A stretch of 48,045 bases of DNA. Source: Treponema sp. (GTDB taxonomy: Bacteria > Spirochaetota > Spirochaetia > Treponematales > Breznakiellaceae). Position 1 is the stretch's first letter; every line of letters begins with the position of its first letter. Below the pieces are notes generated by a model. The model had not been told where the DNA came from. It ran no database searches and was given only the letters and a program-made list of their open reading frames with translations. The translations under genes and the position numbers were made by a program. Positions 29,914 to 38,700 of the stretch are shown one piece after another. The DNA lies in the NCBI GenBank assembly GCA_009787795.1, contig WQSP01000001.1:1-48045 (forward strand), in the 5' to 3' direction.

Positions 29914-31731
29914 ATGAAAAAATGTTTGTCAATTTTAATAATGTTAACGCTTGGAATTGCGGCGTGCAACAAATATGAAGAACATTCGCACGAGGATTTT
30001 GAGGCGTTCGGCATTCAAGGGATTACGGAGCTTTTGGAAAGAACCGTAAGCAAGCCCTGGCGCGGCGAAGCATTTGTTCCGGGAAGACTTGGCGGAACAT
30101 GGCATACCGTTATCAATCAGGACCCGAAAAGTTTTAATCATTTGACAGCAGAACAGGACAGCGTAACAAATTTAATTGTAAGCAGAATGACAGATCCTCT
30201 TATTACTTATAATGTCGTCAGAAGGGAATGGGTTCCTCATATTGCAACTTTTGTAATTGTGGAAGACAAGGCAAACGACAAATTGCAGGTAATCTATACG
30301 TTACGCGACGATGTATACTGGAGCTATTACAATTCCGAAAGAAAGGTAAAAGTTACAAGCGACGATATTATTTTTTGGTATGACGAAATCGAGGGAGATC
30401 CCGCTTTTAACAGTTCAGGATATACAGGGCAATTTTTAACCATGCCCGACGGAAGCACCGCAAGAAAAACAATAACAAAAATAGACGACAGGTCTTTTTC
30501 CTTTAATTTTCCGCGCATAATAGCTGAGCCTCTTTTATCGTCAAATTTGGACTTTGGTCCGCGTCATGTTTTTGAAGAAGCAAAAAAAACAGGCGGCGTT
30601 GACGCTGTCAGAAATCTTTACAGTGTGGCGGTTAACCCAAAAACAATTCCTTCAATGGGCGGCTGGTTTTTAACCGAATATACGCCAAGCCAAAGACTTG
30701 TGTATACGCGAAACCCCGATTACTGGCGAAAAGATTCAAACGGCTTATCCATTCCCTATTTTAACGAATTGATTATGCGCATAATCCCCGAAGAAAACAC
30801 GCAGCTTTTGCTTTTCAATAACGGAGAAACCGAAAGCTATAATCTTCGCCCCGAGGATATTGGAGCGCTTGTAAACAGGGGAAGCGACAATTTTACCGTT
30901 TTTAATTCCGAAGGATCCTTAAGCGCAAGCTTTTGGACATTTAACCAGAATCCCGTCAATTCAAAAAAATCGCAGTTTCAGTGGTTTACGCAAAAAGAAT
31001 TTCGTCAGGCGATGAGCTGCCTTTTAAACAGGGACAGGATAAATACGCAAGTGTACAGGGGACTTGCAGAGCCAAAGCTTACGATTTTCCCCGAGCCGAA
31101 TCCTTTTTATAATCCCAACATAACCCTTAGATACCTTTACGACAGGGAAAGAGCGCTTGAACTTTTGGCAAGCATAGGCATTTCGCAGGACAGAAGAGGC
31201 GTTATGCGCGATTCCAGAAACAAAAGAATCGAATTTAACCTGACAATCAGATCGGAAAGCACAATGCAGCAGGATATCGCTTCCATCATAAGAGACGAAC
31301 TTTCGCAGGTTGGAATAAAGGTAAACATACGCGTTCTGGATTTTCAAAAACAGGTCAAGCAGTTATTCGAAACTTTTGACTGGGATTCTATGCTGATGGG
31401 ACTTTCGGGTTCCGGTATTTTTCCAAGCCAGGGCAGCAATGTATGGCCCTCCTCGGGGAATCTTCACATGTGGTACCCGAATCAGGAAACGCCCGCGACA
31501 GAATGGGAAGCCAGAATCGATTACCTGTATAACGAAGGTCAGTATACGCTTGACAGCGAGGCTGCGCGGGCGTATTGGGACGAGTTTCAGGAAATTTTAC
31601 TGGAACAAAGCCCGATGATTTATTTAATGCGTTCGCGCGGATTTTGGGCATTGAACAACCGCTGGGATTTTTCCAATGTTTATTACGATAATACAAACGG
31701 AACGGAAACAGATTTTGTTTTCCTTAAATGA
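29914..31731 (+). CDS. Peptide/nickel ABC transporter substrate-binding lipoprotein (family 5)
   Basis: IAAC lipobox, DPKSFN, LRDDVYWS, RNPDYW and FRQAMS. Confidence 0.9.
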   Translation: MKKCLSILIMLTLGIAACNKYEEHSHEDFEAFGIQGITELLERTVSKPWRGEAFVPGRLGGTWHTVINQDPKSFNHLTAEQDSVTNLIVSRMTDPLITYNVVRREWVPHIATFVIVEDKANDKLQVIYTLRDDVYWSYYNSERKVKVTSDDIIFWYDEIEGDPAFNSSGYTGQFLTMPDGSTARKTITKIDDRSFSFNFPRIIAEPLLSSNLDFGPRHVFEEAKKTGGVDAVRNLYSVAVNPKTIPSMGGWFLTEYTPSQRLVYTRNPDYWRKDSNGLSIPYFNELIMRIIPEENTQLLLFNNGETESYNLRPEDIGALVNRGSDNFTVFNSEGSLSASFWTFNQNPVNSKKSQFQWFTQKEFRQAMSCLLNRDRINTQVYRGLAEPKLTIFPEPNPFYNPNITLRYLYDRERALELLASIGISQDRRGVMRDSRNKRIEFNLTIRSESTMQQDIASIIRDELSQVGIKVNIRVLDFQKQVKQLFETFDWDSMLMGLSGSGIFPSQGSNVWPSSGNLHMWYPNQETPATEWEARIDYLYNEGQYTLDSEAARAYWDEFQEILLEQSPMIYLMRSRGFWALNNRWDFSNVYYDNTNGTETDFVFLK

Positions 31732-31752
31732 TTTTTATATGGAGGCAAATAA

Positions 31753-32568
31753 ATGAAATCCCCCAGAGAATTAAGCATTGACATCAAGATGATCGACATG
31801 GTTGAATCGTTGAATCTTTCTCCAAAAGCCATGCAATGCCTTAAATATCTTCTTGCAAACGAAGAAATTCAGGCGCAGCAGGAATTCGCAAACACTGTTT
31901 CGATTGTAAGGCTTGGGTTTAACGATCACGGTCCCGTTCACATGCGAACCGTTACGCACAACTCAATATTGATGCTTTCGCTTTTGCAGAGGGCAGGCGT
32001 AAAAACAAGCTTGGAAAAAGACGGCTGCGGCGAATTTGAAGACAGTTTGATTGCAGTCATGCTCTCTTCCATGTTTCATGATCTTGGAATGCAGATGGGA
32101 CGCGACAATCACGAAGAGCACAGCATCATTTTGGCTATTCCTTTGATTGACAAATTGTTGATGGAAGTGTTCCCTGATGATTTGCATAAAAGAGTGATGA
32201 TACGCGCTGTCGCATTGGAAGGAATTGCAGGGCACATGGGAACGATTAACATTTCTTCCACAGAAGCGGGAATTATTCAAATAGCGGACGGATGCGACAT
32301 GACAAAAGGAAGGGCACGCATTCCGATTTCGCTTGCTTTAACAACAAGAATGGGACACATTCATCAGTATTCCGCAAATTCGATAGAAAAGGTCGCCATT
32401 ACTCCCGGCATGGAAAAACCGATACGCGTCGATATCAACATGTCAAGCGAAGCCGGCGTTTTCCAGATTGAAGAAGTGTTAATGCATAAAGTTTCCAACA
32501 GCCCTGCAAAGCAATATGTCGAGCTTTACGCCAAAGTAAGGGACGACGATGCCAGAAGGTATTTATAA
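31753..32568 (+). CDS. HD-domain phosphohydrolase
   Basis: DHGPVH...FHDLG...H...HMG...ADGCD; RBS ggagg. Confidence 0.88.
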   Translation: MKSPRELSIDIKMIDMVESLNLSPKAMQCLKYLLANEEIQAQQEFANTVSIVRLGFNDHGPVHMRTVTHNSILMLSLLQRAGVKTSLEKDGCGEFEDSLIAVMLSSMFHDLGMQMGRDNHEEHSIILAIPLIDKLLMEVFPDDLHKRVMIRAVALEGIAGHMGTINISSTEAGIIQIADGCDMTKGRARIPISLALTTRMGHIHQYSANSIEKVAITPGMEKPIRVDINMSSEAGVFQIEEVLMHKVSNSPAKQYVELYAKVRDDDARRYL

Positions 32569-33534
32569 GTGCAAAATACATTCGGTAATATTTTTAAGGT
32601 AACCACATTCGGCGAATCTCACGGCAGGGCTTTGGGTTGCGTTATAGACGGCTGCCCTGCAGGACTCGACCTTTGCATCGAAGACATCGAAAAGGAACTT
32701 GCGCGCAGAAGACCCGGCAAGGAACACGGTTCGCGCGACGAAAAAGACATGCCTGAAATTTTATCTGGTATATACGAGGGAAAAACGCTTGGAACGCCTA
32801 TCGGGATTGTTGTTTACAATACGAATCAGGAATCCAAAGATTACAACGATTTGAAAGACGTATACAGACCCGGTCATGCCGATTATTCATGGGATGCAAA
32901 ATTCGGGATACGCGATCATCGCGGAGGCGGGCGAAGCTCCGGGAGAGAAACCCTTTCAAGGGTTGCCGCAGGAGCTGTCGCAAAAAAAATTCTTTCCCTT
33001 CATAAAATGGAAATTACAACGATGTTCGACGCGCCAAACATCGAAAAACTTCGCGAAGAAAAAGACAGCGCAGGCGGCATCATTACATGTCGCGTAACGG
33101 GCGTTCCCGCAGGACTTGGCGAACCTGTCTTTGACAAACTTGATGCAAGATTGGCAGGCGCAATTGTCAGCATAGGCGCATGCAAGGGTATCGAGTTTGG
33201 CGCAGGCTTTGCGTCGGCACAATCAAAAGGAAGCGAAAACAACGACAGGCCCAAAGAATTCCCGAATGGATTTGAATTTGAAACAAACAATGCAGGCGGC
33301 ATTCTTGGCGGCATTTCTACAGGACAGGAAATTATTTTCAGGGCGGCATTCAAGCCGACACCTTCCATTGGAAAAAAACAGAGAGCATTTGCAAAAGACG
33401 GAAGCGTTAAGGAAATGGAAATCAAGGGCAGGCACGATTACTGCATTGTGCCAAGAGCCGCCATAGTCGTAGAAGCCATGACCGCCCTTGTATTGGCAGA
33501 CTTTTTGCTGTTATCCCGCCTGACAAGAATTTAA
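32569..33534 (+). CDS. aroC: Chorismate synthase
   Basis: TFGESHG, RPGHAD, GGGRSSGRET, KPTPS and GRHD; the GTG start abuts the previous stop. Confidence 0.96.
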   Translation: MQNTFGNIFKVTTFGESHGRALGCVIDGCPAGLDLCIEDIEKELARRRPGKEHGSRDEKDMPEILSGIYEGKTLGTPIGIVVYNTNQESKDYNDLKDVYRPGHADYSWDAKFGIRDHRGGGRSSGRETLSRVAAGAVAKKILSLHKMEITTMFDAPNIEKLREEKDSAGGIITCRVTGVPAGLGEPVFDKLDARLAGAIVSIGACKGIEFGAGFASAQSKGSENNDRPKEFPNGFEFETNNAGGILGGISTGQEIIFRAAFKPTPSIGKKQRAFAKDGSVKEMEIKGRHDYCIVPRAAIVVEAMTALVLADFLLLSRLTRI

Positions 33535-33676
33535 GAAAAGGTCCACGGATTGACACTGATTTTCACGAAATAAGAAAAGAAAAAATTGTGTTAATCCGTG
33601 AAAATCCGTGAAAATTAGTGGACCCTCATTTCCTTGTTGAAAATGCGTGAAAATTAGTGGACCTTCTTTTTCTTAA
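33531..33676. repeat. Compound palindromic 10-bp-unit element filling a convergent intergenic region (copy C)
   Basis: Left arm ggtc-cacggattga-cactgatttt-cacgaaataa. First right arm aaaaattgtg-ttaatccgtg-aaaatccgtg-aaaattagtg-gacc. Second right arm aaaatgcgtg-aaaattagtg-gacc. Confidence 0.88.
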
Positions 33677-34059
33677 CTTTTGCGGATGTATAACGGGATG
33701 GAGTCGATTTCCTTGTCGTCTATAAAAAGTACAAAACTAACCAAGCCCTGATCTTTAAAATGCAAATTTCCTATGCTGAAAACCAAATGGGAAACCGCGG
33801 AAGCGTTGCCCACTCCCCTAACCTCGATATTTCCGTTGATTGCTTCCATGCTCATTTCGCCTTCAAGATCGCGTGTCTCTATTCTGAAAGTATGGGAACC
33901 GAACTCCCACAAATCGAAACGAAGTCTTATCACTACGGACAATTGCGGATGAACGCATGGAAAATTGCGCGAAATTATTGTATCAAAAGTGCCTACAATG
34001 GTTAATTTTCCGCCATTTTCCTGGGCAAAATCGCAAAATGTAAAAAGTTCGATTTTAAT
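33673..34059 (-). CDS. DUF6941-like small beta protein, apparently ATT-initiated (128 aa)
   Basis: Frame extends 39 codons beyond the ORF-track start: (M)KIELFTFCDFAQENGGKLTIVGTFDTI...; in-frame stop at 34081-34083; GGCGGTG SD-like motif before ATT. The family assignment is from recalled motif similarity. Confidence 0.7.
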   Translation of the reverse strand: MKIELFTFCDFAQENGGKLTIVGTFDTIISRNFPCVHPQLSVVIRLRFDLWEFGSHTFRIETRDLEGEMSMEAINGNIEVRGVGNASAVSHLVFSIGNLHFKDQGLVSFVLFIDDKEIDSIPLYIRKS

Positions 34060-34097
34060 AACGCACCGCCGTTTCGTTTTTTATGGATTAATAAGAC

Positions 34098-34126
34098 ATT
34101 ATATTATATATTATAACTAAAGTCAA
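34098..34126 (-). promoter_or_regulatory. Sigma70-type promoter for the DUF6941-like gene
   Basis: TTGACT-17 bp-TATAAT. Confidence 0.7.
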
Positions 34127-34149
34127 TCGAAAGAATCAAACGAGGTTAT

Positions 34150-35610
34150 ATGAAAAAGAGCGGTATCAATCCTTTTCTCCCGTCGTGGGAGTATATTCCG
34201 GACGGAGAACCCAAGGTATTCGAAGGCAGGGTTTATTTGTACGGCTCTCATGACAGATTTAACGGATACACATATTGCCTTAACGATTATGTCTGCTGGT
34301 CTGCGCCCGTAAACGATTTGACCGATTGGAGATATGAAGGCGTAATTTATAAAAAAACAGACGACCCTTACAATAAAGAAGGAAACAACAATCTTTACGC
34401 TCCCGACGTAACGCAAGGTGCGGACGGGAGATATTATTTATACTACGTTCTTGACAAAATGGAAATAATCGGCGTTGCCGTCTGCGACACTCCATGCGGC
34501 AGATTTGAATTTTTCGGTTTTGTGCGTTACGAAAACAATATCATGCTTGGCAGAAAGGAAGGAGACGTTCCCCAGTTTGATCCTGCCGTTATTACAATCG
34601 GCAAGGACACATACTTGTATTCCGGTCAATGCTCGGGCAGGGTTAAAAGTGTCGACGATACAAGAACGCATTCGATTGCGGTTCTTTTGGCTGCGGACAT
34701 GCTTACAATAAAGGAAGGGCCCTTTAATATAATCCCGGGTCTTGCGGCAGGCAAGGGAACTGGATTTGAAGGCCATGAATTTTTTGAAGGCTCCTCCATT
34801 CGCTTTTTTAACGACACTTTTTATTTTGTCTATTCTTCTTTTAACATGAACGAACTTTGTTACGCGACAAGCAAAAACCCTTTGGGCGGTTTTGAATACG
34901 GCGGCGTAATCGTAAGCAATGCCGATATTGGCATTGACACATACAAACCTGCCGCAAAAAAAATGTATCACGGGAACAACAATCACGGAAGCATTGTACA
35001 GATTGCACAAAATTTTTATGTTTTTTATCACAGACACACAAACGGAAACGAATACAGCCGCCAGGCATGTCTTGAGCCTGTTAAAATTAAAGAAGATGGA
35101 AGCATCGATCAAGTCGAGATGACTTCGAGCGCAGGCGGCATTCTTCCAGGAATCGGCGAATACCCGGCATACATCGCCTGCAATATTTTTTGTGCAGACG
35201 GTGACACGGAAGAGCCAACAAAAGAATACTGGCCAAACAGAACCCCCGCGCTTCCTTTCATAACGCAGGATGACAGGGATATGGATGCCGCAAACGAAAA
35301 CAACACGGACAGCTCCTTTATCGCAAACATTACGGACGGTTTTGGTTTTGGCTTTAAATATTTCGATTTGAAAAACATATCCGCCGTAAAAATAAAAACG
35401 CGCGGCTTTGGTTTTAAAGGTCATTTTGAAGTCAAAACATCATGGGACGGCGAAATTCTGGGACTTATTAACACAGAGCCAACAAACAAATGGAAAGAAT
35501 TTTCTTCTTCCGTAAAAATCCCCGACGGAAAACAATCCTTGTATTTTATTTATAAAGGTAAAGGCAACGTAATGTTTAAATCTTTCACGCTTGAACAGGC
35601 GGAACATTAG
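34150..35610 (+). CDS. Glycoside hydrolase family 43 with C-terminal CBM6-like domain, no signal peptide
   Basis: NPFLPSWEYIPDGEP, YAPDV, FDPA, FFEGSS and NNHGS; beta-sandwich C-terminus (GFKYFD...SLYFIYKG). Confidence 0.9.
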   Translation: MKKSGINPFLPSWEYIPDGEPKVFEGRVYLYGSHDRFNGYTYCLNDYVCWSAPVNDLTDWRYEGVIYKKTDDPYNKEGNNNLYAPDVTQGADGRYYLYYVLDKMEIIGVAVCDTPCGRFEFFGFVRYENNIMLGRKEGDVPQFDPAVITIGKDTYLYSGQCSGRVKSVDDTRTHSIAVLLAADMLTIKEGPFNIIPGLAAGKGTGFEGHEFFEGSSIRFFNDTFYFVYSSFNMNELCYATSKNPLGGFEYGGVIVSNADIGIDTYKPAAKKMYHGNNNHGSIVQIAQNFYVFYHRHTNGNEYSRQACLEPVKIKEDGSIDQVEMTSSAGGILPGIGEYPAYIACNIFCADGDTEEPTKEYWPNRTPALPFITQDDRDMDAANENNTDSSFIANITDGFGFGFKYFDLKNISAVKIKTRGFGFKGHFEVKTSWDGEILGLINTEPTNKWKEFSSSVKIPDGKQSLYFIYKGKGNVMFKSFTLEQAEH

Positions 35611-35711
35611 CTATTGGCTGTTTCTCTTTTATAATCCTTGATGTAACTGAGTTGAATAATAAACCCGATAATACCTGATATTATTAAAACAATCCCTGCA
35701 AACAATAACAT
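35607..35711 (-). CDS. Putative leaderless 34-aa single-TM peptide
   Basis: MLLFAGIVLIISGIIGFIIQLSYIKDYKRETANS; 7 nt separate the -10 box from the ATG; stop overlaps the GH43 stop. Confidence 0.55.
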   Translation of the reverse strand: MLLFAGIVLIISGIIGFIIQLSYIKDYKRETANS

Positions 35712-35718
35712 TTCAATT

Positions 35719-35747
35719 ATTGTATCGGTTTATTATTCCACTGTCAA
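35719..35747 (-). promoter_or_regulatory. Near-consensus sigma70 promoter
   Basis: TTGACA-17 bp-TACAAT, immediately downstream of the terminator on the minus strand. Confidence 0.72.
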
Positions 35748-35749
35748 TA

Positions 35750-35787
35750 GACAAAAAAAACCGGCCTTACGGCCGGTTTTTTTTGTC
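35750..35787. terminator. Bidirectional intrinsic terminator
   Basis: gac-A8-ccggcc-ttac-ggccgg-T8-gtc, a perfect 17-bp stem 3 nt after the stop of the 1822-aa gene. Confidence 0.9.
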
Positions 35788-35790
35788 GCG

Positions 35791-38700
35791 TTACGGTGTT
35801 CCTCCGCTGAAAGCATCGTAGAACTCAAATCTTTCCGTTGCGGGCCGCGCCACTATAGTGTTCCTTGTGAACAACAGGCTTCCGCCCGGGTGCAAGGGGT
35901 ACTGCGCCTGCTGTACCGCCCATGCGTTTTTGCCCCATGCCCATCGATGCGGACCGCTTGTCGCGGTAGTGGCTGTTGAAGTGGAGCCTGCAATAAAGTA
36001 GAAGTAGGCGGTATCCGTAATTTCCCAGCTCATCCAGTACCAGAGTGGCGACAATGCGGTTCCCCTGTTAACGTCTGTCATAAGCCTGATGCCAGCACTG
36101 TCGTTTTCGTCCCACGAAAGCGGGAAACCTTCAAAGCTGTTTTGTCCCGTTACATCCGTTCCGCCCCTAAGCCAAAGCTGCAATGCCCTGCCGGTTCCAA
36201 CCAGTCCACTCAGTGTACCCCAGTTATTCGGAATATCAGGGCTATAATTGAATTGGATTACGGAACGGGAAGCTTTTTCAAAAACCTCGCCCGAAATATT
36301 CTGTGCATTTGTTCTTGCAGTTGCCCTGATACCCACAATTATGCCCTGGAAATTGTCGGCTGTTGCATTTCCCACGTCAAAGGTAATGCCGTTGACATGA
36401 TCGGTAGTATTGCTGACAAAGGTTGGTGAGAATGAGGGAGCCGCAGGATGCGCCGTTAGGGAACCGCCCGTAAAAGGATTTGCGCTTGTTCCCTGCTGCG
36501 GATTCTGGGTTGTTTGGTTTGTGCTGTACCTTATGTTTGCGCTTGGCGTTTGGGAATCAATCCTTACCTGGGCTGTACGCGGCTGGGTTGTAACTGCAGT
36601 GGAAACTTGTGTTCCGCCTGTAGTTTCCGAAGTGGTAACCGGGAACCAGCCTGTTTGATTGGCTGTGGCATTGTCTGCCGCTGTCAGTCCCGCAATGTTA
36701 ATCCAAACATTACTAAAAACAATATCACCCTGATTCCACCTTTCTCCGTTATAAATAACATGTTCAACGGGATTGACAAAAACATTGCCGCCGTTTTCGG
36801 TTGTTTGCGCATTGTCATTATTGTATATTCTGTTATTGTTGTTGCCGCTCCAGGCAAATGACAAAGCGTTGTTGTTGTTAAATACATGTCCCATTGTACC
36901 GCCGCCATTGTTTCTTATGTCAAAGAAACTGATTCGGTTGTTTCCTCCGGTAAGATAGATTATGTTTGTTGCAGTTTCCGGAACCCTTATATGGAATCTG
37001 GAAGTTCTGACCCATGTTCCGGTTTCTGTCGGAGCATTGGCGCCAATACGCACAGTTATTGCGGTATTGCCTGTCAATCTGTAATATCTTGTAACATCTA
37101 CAGTATTGCCGCCGCCCGTACTGACATTTGCATTGCTGAATGTTCCCCTGTTTTTTTGCACGCGTATGAAAGGAGCGTTGACACCGGGGTTCGTTAACGA
37201 AGCGGGGGTATATGCCGCAAGACTGTTGTTTTGCTCGTCGCGAACGATTGTATTGTCAAGCGACAACTGATAGGCTACGCCCCTTACGCGCAGGTTGTAT
37301 CCCCATGCTTCGGTCAAATCGACAGTCATTATCCTGCGGTTTGCACTGACAGTTACCGCGCCGGAAAGTACCGGTATTTGAACCATGTGCGCGTTTCTGC
37401 CCTTTAGCGCCGTTACAAGAGCATTATTATTCGGTTCCACATTCCAGTTAAGAATGTATTTCTCGGACAAATCGGGAACACCCTGAGCGTCTGTTCCGTT
37501 TGTTCCGACTGTGTAATAGGCTCCAAGGACGGCGTTTCCGCCCCAGCGCTGATAATCGGATTTTGTCATGACCGCAGGAGCGCGGTATTCATTGCTGCCT
37601 GTTCCATTCTGTTCAAGCGTAATGTTGCCGGAACCCTTGAAAATGTCCTTGCTGAACGTAATCGTAAGCGCCGAATTGGTAAGCGTTACGTTTGTTACGG
37701 ACGGAACGTCCGTCTTTATGCCAATTCTTGTATAGAAGCTTAATGGCATTCTTGAGGGCAAGTTCCAGTTCGACATAAGTTCCGTGTTCAAACTGCTTGA
37801 GTTTTCCATAATTTGCGCGCCTGCAAGATTAAGCGAAGTGATTTCCAGAAGATCGACTGTGTCGGTCTCTTGTATCGTATATGTAAACACAAGCGATTTG
37901 GAGCTTTGGTCCACATTTATTAATGTTGCGGTCCTGTTCAGGGTTGCGCCCGCAAAATTGGTGATATTCAATCCCAGTGTCGGATTCCCCGTAACCGAAA
38001 GAGTGCCAAGGTTGGTTCTCAAATTAAGACGTATTTCGATTATATTGTTAAGCGTATAGGTGCCGGGATTTGATCCGCCCAAACCCTGCAGCAACACCTG
38101 CTGAGGCTGTATTGTAATATCATACGGACTTGACGGATCAGATTCGTTCCCCGCCCTGTCTGTCTGTCTTGCGCGTATCGAATACGTTGCCGTAGACGAA
38201 ATTGTAACAGGAACCGTGTATCCCAGCCATGGACCGTTGTTTATCGAATACTCCACAGTTGCGCCTGTTTCGGTATTTGTTATTTCGAACTCCTGCGGAT
38301 TGGGCGAACTGCCTCCGTTTGTTATGCTTGCGCTAATTGTCGGCGCAACGGGTCTTGCCGTATCTATAACAATATTATTGGTAATGTTGCTTGGTATGCT
38401 TGAATAGACAAACGGGTTTCCCGCAATATCGGTAATCCTGCCTGCAATATTGTTAAGGCCGGTTGCCAAAAGGTAATTTGATGCGGGAGTATTGTCTCCA
38501 TCCTGAATCTCGTATGTAAAAAGCAGGGTGTCGGTTCCAAAGAGCATTGGCGTTCTTCCCGAACCCGTACCCGGGGAAAGGTTCAAACTCATGGTTACGT
38601 TGTTTGGAGTTGGAGGAATAAAGTTTATGTCTTCGCTGAACTTTGCCGTAAGGTATATTGTCTGCCCGAACCTGTAAAAACCGGTATCGGTTATCGCATC

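Noticed and set aside
33531-33676. Repeat cluster as a CRISPR array
   Set aside because: The units are 10 bp, abutting and inverted, with no unique spacers and no cas genes.
34438-35424. 328-aa antisense ORF over GH43, and similar long antisense ORFs (39559-40491, 11260-11958, 26022-26681)
   Set aside because: These are shadow frames of well-supported genes with no recognisable motifs.
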